Source: Candidatus Heimdallarchaeota archaeon
GTDB lineage: Archaea; Asgardarchaeota; Heimdallarchaeia; Heimdallarchaeales; Kariarchaeaceae
DNA length: 53,122 nucleotides
Direction: 5' to 3'
Assembly: GCA_015523565.1 (NCBI GenBank)
Contig: WAKA01000180.1
Location: 1-53,122, forward strand
Position numbers and translations under genes: made by a program. The notes below the pieces were generated by a model. That model searched no databases, was not told the origin of the DNA, and saw only the letters and a list, made by a program, of their open reading frames with translations. Shown in pieces: positions 1 through 9,690 of the stretch (position 1 is the stretch's first letter; each line of letters starts with the position of its first letter).

Positions 1-75
1 GTTTCTGACAATTCACAAGGCTTTTAAATTAATTTTTTGGCGGTTTATTTACTCAATTTCGAGGTGTTTTATCAT

Positions 76-633
76 ATGGGTAAACGTAAATTGAAACTAA
101 AATATTCAATTTTTATAGTAGCAATATTGATTTTGTCATCACTAAGCTTTTCAAATATGGTTAATGCTGACACACTTTATTTGTATAAAGCGGAAGTTTT
201 GTCCTATGTGGTTCATTCACATGACGATGGAACTGGTGAATTTACCATTGAGGGTTATATCCAATTCGATCGAGCTGATAACCCTGTTAAATTATTTTCA
301 TACGATGAAGACGGCGTTGAACCTGGCTACTTAATACCACGAAATGGTCAATATTTAACAATGTTTGACGACCGTTGGGTTGATATTAATGCAAGAATCT
401 GTGTTAAATTAATAGAACGAGACGGTCTTAGTTGGGATGGTCTTACAAGTAATGATAATGTTGTCCCAGCAAATTCATCACAAATTTGTGTTGACGTTTC
501 TGACATTGTAGGAGCCATTGGTACCGTAAATAGTTTTGATTTTTTTGAAAATGGGGATAGTGGTTGTCGAATTTACCTGAAACTGACTTTGATAAATTTT
601 CTAAGGACTGGTGGTGGAGGAAATTGGTTATAA
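76..633 (+). CDS. Secreted hypothetical protein with N-terminal signal peptide
   Basis: ATG at 76 preceded by GAGGTG (61-66). Basic n-region KRKLKLK, hydrophobic h-region, VNA-D cleavage-like site, acidic beta-rich mature part. Confidence 0.7.
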   Translation: MGKRKLKLKYSIFIVAILILSSLSFSNMVNADTLYLYKAEVLSYVVHSHDDGTGEFTIEGYIQFDRADNPVKLFSYDEDGVEPGYLIPRNGQYLTMFDDRWVDINARICVKLIERDGLSWDGLTSNDNVVPANSSQICVDVSDIVGAIGTVNSFDFFENGDSGCRIYLKLTLINFLRTGGGGNWL

Positions 634-743
634 ACCCTGTTAAAATTTTATACGAATAGGAAAGATAATAAATTTTAATAAATTTCATTTGTTTTGTTCT
701 TAAGTCCATATTCTATTGCAGATCAAACTATTGTACTTTTCAA

Positions 744-2201
744 ATGCGGAAAAAATATTTTTTAGGAATAAATTGTTTAATCATGGATTTATCTGCTATG
801 ATGCATTACCATTCGTTTGCCCCACCAAAAACACTGAAGCCATATTATTTCATGTTGTTCCTGTTAGTGGTTGGTGAGGTTTTCTTCTGGAAAGATATTA
901 TTCTGGCGGTTCCAATTGAAGTTGATGGCTTATTGGTTGTCGCCCTTCTGTTTTTGTTTAATGGGATTCTTTTATTTGTCTTAAGCAAATGGCTGGATTT
1001 TGAACAATTGGTTCAGGTAATGGCTGAAAGCATTAGCGGAAGTTTAGTGGGTATTCTGCTGTTTCTTGTAATTGTTTTCTCAATTTTTGCTTTAGGTATC
1101 GTTCCTGCAATATTTTTAATAATTGTCCTCCTTTTTTCAATTGTCTCTTCTAATATAATCTCAACCAATTTTGGTATTGATCTCCTCATTTCACAGATAT
1201 TGGGTTTTAGTCTGGTCTCTTTCCTGCTTGGTGGACTTATTGCCTTGATCTTTCATCCTGTTCATAGGCTTATTGTTGGAAAACCACAAGATCTGTCCTC
1301 AGTTCAAGTTTTTTTAACAGATTTCCAAGAATTGGGCAAAAGAATTAATTTTTATGATGGGAGATTCTATGGTCTTGCCAACGGTTTGGTTATTGACAGG
1401 AAAACCAGTTCCATTTTACATAATGGTGCTTTTGGCATTGTAAACATAATATTTTTTGACCCGTTTCTTCTGGTGCATACGGGTAGATCTCAATTGTTCT
1501 TGTGGGAACATGCAAACGGATGGGCTTTTCATGGGGTTGTTGTCCACGAGGGGGGGTCTTTCACTGTCAAGCGAAAACGGGTTTTCACAGGCTTGTTCAA
1601 AATGAAACTGGTTGATGGGCATCTGTTCCTTGTCATTCGGAACAACAGATACTTGACTTCTGGGATATCGAAGGAAATGCATGCTGAGAAACTTGACTCT
1701 AGTGTCAAGGCAGTTGCAAATTACGGTGACCAATTAGTGCTTCTGAAAGAACTGAAAAAGGCTGGTGCTCTTGCGTCACTCCGTTCTGGAAAAATAACTG
1801 TTGAAATTGGCAATCGAAGGTTGCAATTGGCTGAAAATATAAGTTATCCTAACGATATTGAATTCAGGGGTGATTCCTTTGTTATTGTCGGCTCAAATGG
1901 CGTTTTCCTTTATCATTTTGATGAATCTGATGTGAACTTCGTCAAAAAACTTGTGGGTGGGATTGATGCAGTTTATCAAATAATTCCAAACGATTTCAAT
2001 GATCGTTATTTGTTTGTAAGGACTCAAAGAAATCTAATCTCACTTGTTGATTTCCATATTTCTGGAAATTTAATTGAATATGAATTGCCTGTCGGTTTCA
2101 GGATTCATTCATGCTACAATGGTTATTTGAACATATCAATCTGGAAGCACGCATTCATGCTTCCTTACAAGCACATGGATTCGTTTTTATCCCAATTGTA
2201 G
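744..2201 (+). CDS. Hypothetical membrane protein: about 5 N-terminal TM helices plus a beta-rich (propeller-like) C-terminal domain
   Basis: Long ORF with hydrophobic N-terminal third and short beta-strand patterns after it. Start uncertain (ATG 783 or 798 possible). Confidence 0.6.
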   Translation: MRKKYFLGINCLIMDLSAMMHYHSFAPPKTLKPYYFMLFLLVVGEVFFWKDIILAVPIEVDGLLVVALLFLFNGILLFVLSKWLDFEQLVQVMAESISGSLVGILLFLVIVFSIFALGIVPAIFLIIVLLFSIVSSNIISTNFGIDLLISQILGFSLVSFLLGGLIALIFHPVHRLIVGKPQDLSSVQVFLTDFQELGKRINFYDGRFYGLANGLVIDRKTSSILHNGAFGIVNIIFFDPFLLVHTGRSQLFLWEHANGWAFHGVVVHEGGSFTVKRKRVFTGLFKMKLVDGHLFLVIRNNRYLTSGISKEMHAEKLDSSVKAVANYGDQLVLLKELKKAGALASLRSGKITVEIGNRRLQLAENISYPNDIEFRGDSFVIVGSNGVFLYHFDESDVNFVKKLVGGIDAVYQIIPNDFNDRYLFVRTQRNLISLVDFHISGNLIEYELPVGFRIHSCYNGYLNISIWKHAFMLPYKHMDSFLSQL

Positions 2202-2296
2202 CTGTATACGTCATCTCTACTTGAATATTACTCGTTTTCAACAAATTCCTGTTTCTATAGGTAGAAGTTTTAAGATGAATTTTTTATTGTGAATAA

Positions 2297-3130
2297 ATGG
2301 AGTGGCAGGTCGCTAAAGAGTACGAGGATATTACCTACAAAAAATCAAATGGCGTGGCAAGAATTGCCTTCAATCGACCAGAGGTTCGGAATGCGTTTCG
2401 GCCAAAAACAGTGTTTGAACTTTATGATGCTTTCAAGGACGCCCACGAGGATACTTCAATAGGGGTAGTGCTGTTGGCGGGTGAGGGTCCTTCTCCAAAA
2501 GATGGTGGGTATGCATTTTGCAGTGGTGGTGACCAGCGTGTTCGTGGTTCACAAGGATATGTCGATGACTCAGGCATGCCTCGTTTGAATATTTTGGAAG
2601 TTCAAAGGCAAATCCGATTTATGCCCAAGGTCGTCATTGCAGTTGTTGATGGCTGGGCTGTTGGCGGTGGTCATAGCCTCCATGTCGTTTGTGACATGAC
2701 TCTTGCCTGCAAGGAACATGCTATCTTCAAACAAACTGATGCGGATGTGACAAGTTTCGATGGGGGGTATGGGTCTGCATATCTTGCACGACAGGTTGGG
2801 CAGAAGCGGGCAAGAGAGGTGTTTTTCCTTGGTCGGAATTATAGTGCACAGGACGCATTTGAAATGGGTATGGTCAATGCAGTCGTGCCACATGAAAACC
2901 TTGAGGAAGAGGCTTACAAGTGGGCTCAGGAAATTCTTGATAAATCTCCGACCTCAATCCGGATGTTGAAATTTGCATTTAACCTGATTGATGATGGTCT
3001 TGTCGGTCAGCAAGTGTTCGCAGGCGAGGCGACCCGTCTTGCATACATGACTGAGGAGGCAAAAGAGGGTCGAAATGCATTTTTGGAAAAAAGGAAGCCA
3101 AACTTCAGAGATATCAAATGGTTACCATAA
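2297..3130 (+). CDS. menB: 1,4-dihydroxy-2-naphthoyl-CoA synthase (crotonase fold)
   Basis: Motifs NRPEVRNAFRP, FCSGGDQ, GWAVGGGHSLHVVCD, SFDGGYG, QVFAGEATRLAYMTEEAKEGRNAFLEKRKP. Confidence 0.97.
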   Translation: MEWQVAKEYEDITYKKSNGVARIAFNRPEVRNAFRPKTVFELYDAFKDAHEDTSIGVVLLAGEGPSPKDGGYAFCSGGDQRVRGSQGYVDDSGMPRLNILEVQRQIRFMPKVVIAVVDGWAVGGGHSLHVVCDMTLACKEHAIFKQTDADVTSFDGGYGSAYLARQVGQKRAREVFFLGRNYSAQDAFEMGMVNAVVPHENLEEEAYKWAQEILDKSPTSIRMLKFAFNLIDDGLVGQQVFAGEATRLAYMTEEAKEGRNAFLEKRKPNFRDIKWLP

Positions 3131-3213
3131 ACAGGCGAATTTCCCGCAAATATTTTATGTAACTTTCCATTTTTGTCCGATTAGATTTTATTCACCTTTT
3201 GCGATAATATCAT

Positions 3214-4062
3214 ATGGAATTTTCTGAAACTGAAATTCAAACGATCCACGCGTTGGATGGTACCCAACTTGTTTTGCATATATGGGAACCTTCTTCGGTA
3301 AAAGGTGTCATTTTGGCAATTCATGGGGGAATGGCTCATGGTGGCGATTATGTGACCCCCGCCATGTATTTCATGGAAAAAGGCTATGCAATGGTTGCTC
3401 CAGACCTTCGTGGGCACAAGAAAGAAAAGGTTGATTTAAAAAATTTTGACCTTTACCTAACTGATATCATGGATGTATATAAATGGATGTTGGATCGATA
3501 TGCCGACTTACCATTGTTTGTTTTCGGTCATTCCATGGGTGGCTTGATCGCAACTGTTCTTGGCTTGAAATTTCCTACAGAGATATCTCATGTAAAGGGT
3601 TTTGTATTGTCCTCACCTTATTTCAAAAATGCAGTTCCTGTACCAAAAATATTGGTGATTCTCACACCTTTGTTTGCCTTTTTGACCCCAAGGATGAAAG
3701 TTCCAGCAGAGGACTTTCTCGATTATTTGACGCATGATGAAGAAATTACTGCCCGCCATCATGAGGATGAACGGAAAGGGTTAAGGGGAAAATATGTAAC
3801 TGTCAGATGGGCACATCAAATCATGAAAGGCCAGTCATTTGTAGAAAAGCATATTTCTGAATGGAGATTTCCTTTATACGTGGTTGTTGCAGGGCAAGAT
3901 AAGCTTGCCGATACGTCTTACACTGAAAAATTACTTCAACAAGTGATCCCAAGCCTTTTGAAGTTCAAGAAAGCAGAAGGCAATTATCACGAGAATTTCA
4001 ATGAAACCAATCGGTTGGAGATATATGAAGAGATTTTTGAATGGATGAATTCTGTAGTGTAA
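3214..4062 (+). CDS. Alpha/beta hydrolase, lysophospholipase/monoacylglycerol lipase-like
   Basis: HGGMAH, DLRGH, nucleophile elbow GHSMG, Asp in GQDKLA, His in YHE. Confidence 0.88.
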   Translation: MEFSETEIQTIHALDGTQLVLHIWEPSSVKGVILAIHGGMAHGGDYVTPAMYFMEKGYAMVAPDLRGHKKEKVDLKNFDLYLTDIMDVYKWMLDRYADLPLFVFGHSMGGLIATVLGLKFPTEISHVKGFVLSSPYFKNAVPVPKILVILTPLFAFLTPRMKVPAEDFLDYLTHDEEITARHHEDERKGLRGKYVTVRWAHQIMKGQSFVEKHISEWRFPLYVVVAGQDKLADTSYTEKLLQQVIPSLLKFKKAEGNYHENFNETNRLEIYEEIFEWMNSVV

Positions 4063-4179
4063 ATCCCCATGCTTGTTGTACGATTTTTTTTCTTTCTACT
4101 ACATTCCATACAATAGTTTTTTTTGTATTCGATTTCTTTAATAGTAAATAAAAAAAAAGATAATTTGAGGTTCAAAGGG

Positions 4180-5472
4180 TTGAGAAATATTCAGGAACTA
4201 AAAAAGGCATATCCGCAGGAAATTACCCTGCCAAGGGGTGTAGATGATCCTGTCCTTTTGCTGATAACCTGTGAGGATGAACGGATTGCTAAAAAGTTGA
4301 AACACCATTTCCTTTCATATGGTTATGCAATAGCTGGACCTGCCTATAATTCCGATATGGCTCATTCTTTGTCTCGCAAAATTCCGATTGATGGTTTTGT
4401 TTATCATTTGGGTAATGATCTTGGAGAAATATTGTCCTTTTTCAAGGTTTTGCAGGAATTTTCTTTCCTGCCTGTTGTTTTCCTTGGGCAGATTGATGCA
4501 ACCGTCCGGCTTAGAATAAAGAAATTGGAAAATCCTTATTTTGCAACAGATTATCCTATTGCTGACCAACCCACCCTTCTTAAAGAAATGAACCGATTAT
4601 TTGGGAATCGTGGCGGAACCATTCCTGAACTTCTGATCTTTGCAAATGCAACTTTCAATGAAATGGTGTCACTAGCAAGAAGGAAAGAAAAAAGGGAGGT
4701 TGAACACATCATTTCGGAAATTGTGGGGCAATTGCCGAGCAGATGGGATAGCTTTGCCTTTGAAAATGATCCTTCTCCTACTTTAATTTACCTTTCACAG
4801 GCACCTTTTGACCGATCACAATTTTTTGTCATGCTAGAATTGCTTTTCAATGATTTGGAAGAAACCATCAATGACAAACTGAATGTGACTTGGGGCGCCG
4901 ATTTCATTAACGATGCAATTCTTCAGGCAATTGCCAGATATAAGTTTAAGGATGAATTGGTTTTAAACTTTGCAAAAGTCCGGGGATTGCCAGATCTGAA
5001 TATCAAACAGCTTGTTCAGAAAGTTACTGAGGCAGAAGGTTTTATTGGGGTGGGATACATTGAACTTAGTGATCATGGTCCTGAATTATTGAAAATGAAA
5101 GCAGACCCTGGCTTGGAAATGTTGATCAATGAGCAAACTGTTGCCCAACTTATCTCTATTGTTGGACAAGGTGAGAGCTATCGCGAAGGGCAATTTGGGA
5201 TTGTCCCGTTATTGCAAAGCCAAGATTATGTGGCTATTCTTTCAAGCAAGATCCTTGACTCCGAGACATTGGAAGATATTCGTATGGCTGGAAGATCGCT
5301 TACCTTGATCTTTGTGGTGATTCACAAGAACTTTTCCAATTTAGCAATGGACAAATCATTTCTTAAGGAAACCATGTCAGAATACTATTCTCTGGATAAT
5401 GTCAAGCAGGTCACTGATGAGTTAATTGAAAATATTTACCAGAAATTCAAATTCATTCTTCCTGTATCCTGA
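4180..5472 (+). CDS. Pseudo-receiver domain protein with a C-terminal longin/uDENN-like domain
   Basis: N-terminus LLITCEDERIAKKLKHHFLSYGYAIAG resembles a REC domain but lacks the acceptor Asp. C-terminus has ELSDHGPE...GQGESYREGQFG...DIRMAGR. TTG 4180 is the likely start; the ORF is open from 4123. Confidence 0.55.
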   Translation: MRNIQELKKAYPQEITLPRGVDDPVLLLITCEDERIAKKLKHHFLSYGYAIAGPAYNSDMAHSLSRKIPIDGFVYHLGNDLGEILSFFKVLQEFSFLPVVFLGQIDATVRLRIKKLENPYFATDYPIADQPTLLKEMNRLFGNRGGTIPELLIFANATFNEMVSLARRKEKREVEHIISEIVGQLPSRWDSFAFENDPSPTLIYLSQAPFDRSQFFVMLELLFNDLEETINDKLNVTWGADFINDAILQAIARYKFKDELVLNFAKVRGLPDLNIKQLVQKVTEAEGFIGVGYIELSDHGPELLKMKADPGLEMLINEQTVAQLISIVGQGESYREGQFGIVPLLQSQDYVAILSSKILDSETLEDIRMAGRSLTLIFVVIHKNFSNLAMDKSFLKETMSEYYSLDNVKQVTDELIENIYQKFKFILPVS

Positions 5473-5479
5473 GATAAAT

Positions 5480-7459
5480 TCATTCTTCCTGCATTTTATG
5501 GAGGTATATAAATCCCAACCTATCCATTTTAGCTTTCCAATGGGGCGGCACCCAAATTGTGCTGTCCCCTTGTTCAACTATAAACGGTCCTATTTTTTCA
5601 AAGTTCTTTCCAATATCTTTCTTTTGGTATACCTCTACGGGTCCCACGTCAAAAACCTTTCTTTTTCCTATTGGTTTAGGATCTGGATAAGTTTCCACTT
5701 CAGGAAGAACAGGATCTGGATGGTGTTTTATTGCAGTAACTCTTGCCGCAACAAACTCCAAAGGTTCTTCTTCGTCTGCAAATCCATACTGTGTTCGGTG
5801 TTCTTCCAAAAATCGATTTCTTGTATTGGCAATGGTTTTCTCCCAAGGAACAGTCAACTCAAATGATTGACCCACGAATCTTATGTCCAACATTCTGATA
5901 AATTGGTCTGGTTTGTTTCCATCTTTTGCCATCTGATTCACAAGTTCTTTTTCCATTTCCATGAAGATGGATTCAATTTCATTTTCATTTATTTCTCCTT
6001 CCCTTTTCAGTATTCCTTGACTTTTATCATATTTGTAATCGGCAGACAGCAAACCAAATGCGGACCAAATTCCTGGATATGGGGGAATGATGGTTTCAGT
6101 CATCCCCATTATGTCTGCAAGCTCTGCGGCATGTACTGGGCCCGCCCCTCCAAAAGCCAAAAGGGAAAAGTTTCTTGGATCAACCCCCCGTTCTGTGGAG
6201 ACTGCCCTTAACGCCTTTGCAATGTTTTCATGGAAAATTCTACGGATTCCCTTTATGCAACTCTCTAATGTAATGCCCAATTCTTTGGCCAATCCCTTAA
6301 GAGCTTCTTCAGATAATTCCTTATTTAAGGTAATGGCACCTTCTCCAAGTGAACTTGGAAGTATTCCATACAATAGGTCTGCATCAGTAACTGTTGGATA
6401 TTTTCCTCCTTTTCCGTAAGCCGCTGGTCCTGGATCCGCCCCTGCACTTTGAGGTCCCACTCTAAGAAGTCCTGCTGATGTCCAGGCAATTGACCCTCCT
6501 CCTGCCCCGATTGTCTGCACGTCCACCGACGGAACTGAAATTGGGATTCCACCTAGTTTCAGTCCATATAACACGGTTCCTTTTTTCTCCTTTACTTGTG
6601 CCACATCACTGGAAGTTCCTCCAATGTCTAAAGAGATGATGTTGTCTCTCCCTGTTATTCTTGCAGTAAATTCGGCGGCAAGCACACCCCCTGCCAATCC
6701 AGAAACCATTATTTCCACAGGTCGCATGCTTAGGCGTTGTGGTACGGCAAGTCCGTTATTGGATTTTATTATGGCAATTTTCGCATGTTTACTTGCTTTT
6801 TGAACTTTGAATGCTAACCTCTCCACATAGCTTGAAATAAGTGGCTTTACATATGCGTCTGCAATGGTTGTCGAAAAACGTTCATATTCCCTGTATTCTG
6901 GTACAACCTTTGAGGAAACGGATATGGGTATTCCCAGTTTTTCCAACTCTTTCTCTAGTTCAAGCTCATGTTTTGGATTTAAAAAACTAAATAGAAATCC
7001 TATTGCAATCGATTCTGGCTGTAGGCTTTGAATTTGATCAATAACCTGATTGATATCCTCGTCAGAAAGTCCTGTTCTGATGGTACCATCGGATAAAACC
7101 CTTTCATTCACAGTTATTCTCATGTCTTGAGGGACAAGGGGTACTGGTCTAGTGGGGATGATGGAATAAATGTCAAGACGGTTTTGTCTGCCTATCTCAA
7201 CAACATCTCTAAATCCTTTTGTGGTTATAAACAAGACTTTTGCCCCTTTTCTTTCAAGCATGGCATTAGTTGCTACTGTTGTACCATGCAACAGCTCTTC
7301 AAACGCCCCGTCCAATTTTTCTAGAATAAGGTCTACTGCCTCCGTTGGATCTTTTGGTGTGGACAAAACCTTGATGACTTTTAATTTTTTGTCTCCAATG
7401 GCTATTGCATCGGAAAAACTTCCCCCTATATCAATGCCTATAATCTGCCAAGAATGCAC
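5480..7459 (-). CDS. Hydantoinase/5-oxoprolinase subunit A (ATP-dependent)
   Basis: GIDIGGSFSD, HGTTVATNA, LDIGGTSSD, GAGGGS, GPQSAGADPGP, FGGAGPVHA. Likely GTG start at 7459; the ORF is open to 7549. Confidence 0.93.
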   Translation of the reverse strand: MHSWQIIGIDIGGSFSDAIAIGDKKLKVIKVLSTPKDPTEAVDLILEKLDGAFEELLHGTTVATNAMLERKGAKVLFITTKGFRDVVEIGRQNRLDIYSIIPTRPVPLVPQDMRITVNERVLSDGTIRTGLSDEDINQVIDQIQSLQPESIAIGFLFSFLNPKHELELEKELEKLGIPISVSSKVVPEYREYERFSTTIADAYVKPLISSYVERLAFKVQKASKHAKIAIIKSNNGLAVPQRLSMRPVEIMVSGLAGGVLAAEFTARITGRDNIISLDIGGTSSDVAQVKEKKGTVLYGLKLGGIPISVPSVDVQTIGAGGGSIAWTSAGLLRVGPQSAGADPGPAAYGKGGKYPTVTDADLLYGILPSSLGEGAITLNKELSEEALKGLAKELGITLESCIKGIRRIFHENIAKALRAVSTERGVDPRNFSLLAFGGAGPVHAAELADIMGMTETIIPPYPGIWSAFGLLSADYKYDKSQGILKREGEINENEIESIFMEMEKELVNQMAKDGNKPDQFIRMLDIRFVGQSFELTVPWEKTIANTRNRFLEEHRTQYGFADEEEPLEFVAARVTAIKHHPDPVLPEVETYPDPKPIGKRKVFDVGPVEVYQKKDIGKNFEKIGPFIVEQGDSTIWVPPHWKAKMDRLGFIYLHKMQEE

Positions 7460-7508
7460 ATGGTAGAAATAAGTCTGGCTGTTTAAGCCTTTTTGATTTT
7501 GGCAATCC

Positions 7509-7850
7509 CTAAATCTTACATTCGTGTTTTCTTTTTCTTTGGAAAGCATGAAGGAGTAATGTCAAGAACTTCTTTACGGGATATGCTTCCGCAACTTGTC
7601 CCATCAACTTTCCCAAAGGAAGTAGCCTCATGAGCTCAGTAATCGCCTCTGATTCTGAATACCACTTGTTACCTTTTACGACATGAAAACTTTTCCAATA
7701 CTGTAAATGCCCAATTCTTGCAATTCCTTCTTCCAAAATCATTGGATTTGACATGTTTACCACCTTTGTTTCCCTTCCTACAATATACCTGATTATTTTT
7801 GCAAATTTAGTACAGATGGAACAATCGTCGTCGTAGGTAATAATTGCCAC
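7509..7850 (-). CDS. DCC1-like thiol-disulfide oxidoreductase (DUF393 family)
   Basis: N-terminal YDDDCSIC (DxxCxxC) motif, about 113 aa, likely GTG start at 7850. Confidence 0.7.
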   Translation of the reverse strand: MAIITYDDDCSICTKFAKIIRYIVGRETKVVNMSNPMILEEGIARIGHLQYWKSFHVVKGNKWYSESEAITELMRLLPLGKLMGQVAEAYPVKKFLTLLLHAFQRKRKHECKI

Positions 7851-7951
7851 AATCAAATATTCCCAATGATGCAATTATTATTTTGCATAAATCCAATTAT
7901 TTTACTCTATTCTGGGGAAATTCATTAAAGTTGCAAATTTTGTCCTTATTC

Positions 7952-8854
7952 ATGAAACAAGCAATCTCTATTTCCTTAGGAAGCAAATCGAGAGATCATA
8001 AGGGTGTCATTGAACTTGGTGGTGAAAAAATAGAGGTACAAAGAATAGGGACAGATGGGGACACGACAAAGATGCAGATCCTTTACAGGGATCTTGACGG
8101 GAAGGTTGACGCTTTTGGTGCAGGTGGTTTTCTTTTTGGGTTCCATGTTGAAGACAAATTTTATGAACTTCGCACGGTCAAAAAACTGACAAAATATATT
8201 AAAAAAACCCCTATTGTTGATGGGAATGGTGTCAAAGACACAATTGAACGCACCTCATTGCAAAAAGTTTGGGATGAGGTTGCCCCGTTGTTTGAAGACA
8301 AACCAAAAACTGCCCTGTTGACATCTGCTGTCGACAGATATGGCATGGCAAAATCCGTTGAGGAGGCAGGGTTTGAAATGGTGTGTGGTGATTTTTACTT
8401 TGCCTTGGGGATTCCCATTAAAATTAGAAGTTTAAAAGGTGTCAGGCGCCTTGCGCGGGTCATGATGCCCATTGTCTCTTTCTTCCCCCTAAGCTGGCTT
8501 TACCCACTTGGCGAAAAACAAAAGGAAAGGACACCTAAATACGGAAAACTTTTCAAGAATGCCACCTTGATTGCAGGAGACTTTCTTTATACCAAAAAAT
8601 ATTCTCCAGATGACATGAAAGGAAAAATCATTCTGACAAATACCACCACACAAGAAGATCGTGACGACCTATTCGCAAGGGGTGTAGAAGCAATTATTAC
8701 GACCACTCCAGAGATCGGAGGTCGATCCTTTGGGACAAATGTCCTTGAAGCGGCAATTGTTGCCCACGTTGGATTGGGTCGCCCATTGACCTCTGAAGAA
8801 ATGAAAGAACAAGTTGAGAAATTGGGTCTTAAACCACAAGTTCATTTTCCCTGA
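7952..8854 (+). CDS. Conserved protein of the family auto-annotated 'quinate 5-dehydrogenase' (function unverified)
   Basis: SISLGSKSRDH, RIGTDGD, DGKVDAFG, PIVDGNGVK, SAVDRYGMA, GRSFGTNVLEA. ATG at 7952. Confidence 0.7.
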   Translation: MKQAISISLGSKSRDHKGVIELGGEKIEVQRIGTDGDTTKMQILYRDLDGKVDAFGAGGFLFGFHVEDKFYELRTVKKLTKYIKKTPIVDGNGVKDTIERTSLQKVWDEVAPLFEDKPKTALLTSAVDRYGMAKSVEEAGFEMVCGDFYFALGIPIKIRSLKGVRRLARVMMPIVSFFPLSWLYPLGEKQKERTPKYGKLFKNATLIAGDFLYTKKYSPDDMKGKIILTNTTTQEDRDDLFARGVEAIITTTPEIGGRSFGTNVLEAAIVAHVGLGRPLTSEEMKEQVEKLGLKPQVHFP

Positions 8855-8865
8855 GGTGGAATGCA

Positions 8866-9690
8866 ATGAAATATAAGGTTCCTTTTATTGTCCTCGCAGG
8901 TAGCCCCCCTACCAGAGATCAATTGATGGAATATGCAAATACAGACTATAAAGCATTGATAGATATCAATGGTAAACCCATGTTGACCCGAGTGTTGGAG
9001 GCAATTCGAGATTCCAACAGAGCTTCGTATATCCTCATAGTTGGTCTTCCCAAAGATAAAATAGAGTTGCCTGAAGGCATAGATGCAAATATCGTTGAAT
9101 TCTATGAAATTGAAGGCAAACAGGTTGACAAGATCATCAATTCATGCAAATATATTTATGACTTGGGTCAAAAAAATCCTGACATATTCCCTAAAGGCTC
9201 TTATCATACTGTGATAACAACTTCAGACATCCCTGCATTGACAGGTAGAACAATAGATGATTATTTGGATAGGTGCTTTGAAACAGATCATGCTTTCTAT
9301 TATTGTGTGGTTGAAAAAGAACACATGGAAAGGGAATTTCCCAATAGCGGTAGATCATGGATTAAAATGGATGGGAACAAATACTGTGGCGCTGATTTAG
9401 CCCTTTTCGATGTCACCTATGCGGAGCAATCCTATGATTTGCTTAAAGTAATCACGGAAAATCGAAAATCTTTCACCAAGGCTCTCTTCAAGGCTTCTCC
9501 AATCACGTTTTTCAAATATGTCCTCAAAATCGCAAAAATGAAAGATGTAGAGCGACTGATGACAAAGATTTTCGGCTTTCCCTCCAAGCTTATTATCGAC
9601 GAGGATGCTCGTATTGCTTTTGATGTTGACAAGCCTTACCAACTGGATTTGATGCGTTCTTACATTTCTTTACATGAAACTCCCAAGTAA
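8866..9690 (+). CDS. MobA-like NTP transferase (GT-A fold nucleotidyltransferase)
   Basis: IVLAG, KALIDINGKPML, TSDIP, FDVDKP. SD-like GAGGTG upstream; 11-nt gap from the previous gene. Confidence 0.8.
   Translation: MKYKVPFIVLAGSPPTRDQLMEYANTDYKALIDINGKPMLTRVLEAIRDSNRASYILIVGLPKDKIELPEGIDANIVEFYEIEGKQVDKIINSCKYIYDLGQKNPDIFPKGSYHTVITTSDIPALTGRTIDDYLDRCFETDHAFYYCVVEKEHMEREFPNSGRSWIKMDGNKYCGADLALFDVTYAEQSYDLLKVITENRKSFTKALFKASPITFFKYVLKIAKMKDVERLMTKIFGFPSKLIIDEDARIAFDVDKPYQLDLMRSYISLHETPK

Noticed and set aside
443-709. 88-aa minus-strand ORF and the other short overlapping ORFs in the track (e.g. 5426-5866, 22732-23196, 34513-35013, 45065-45397)
   Set aside because: They are antisense or out-of-frame overlaps of stronger genes and have no protein-like motifs.
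3214-4062. Possible MenH because it follows menB
   Set aside because: Motifs (HG..H, GHSMGG, YHE) fit monoacylglycerol lipase/lysophospholipase better; adjacency alone is not enough.
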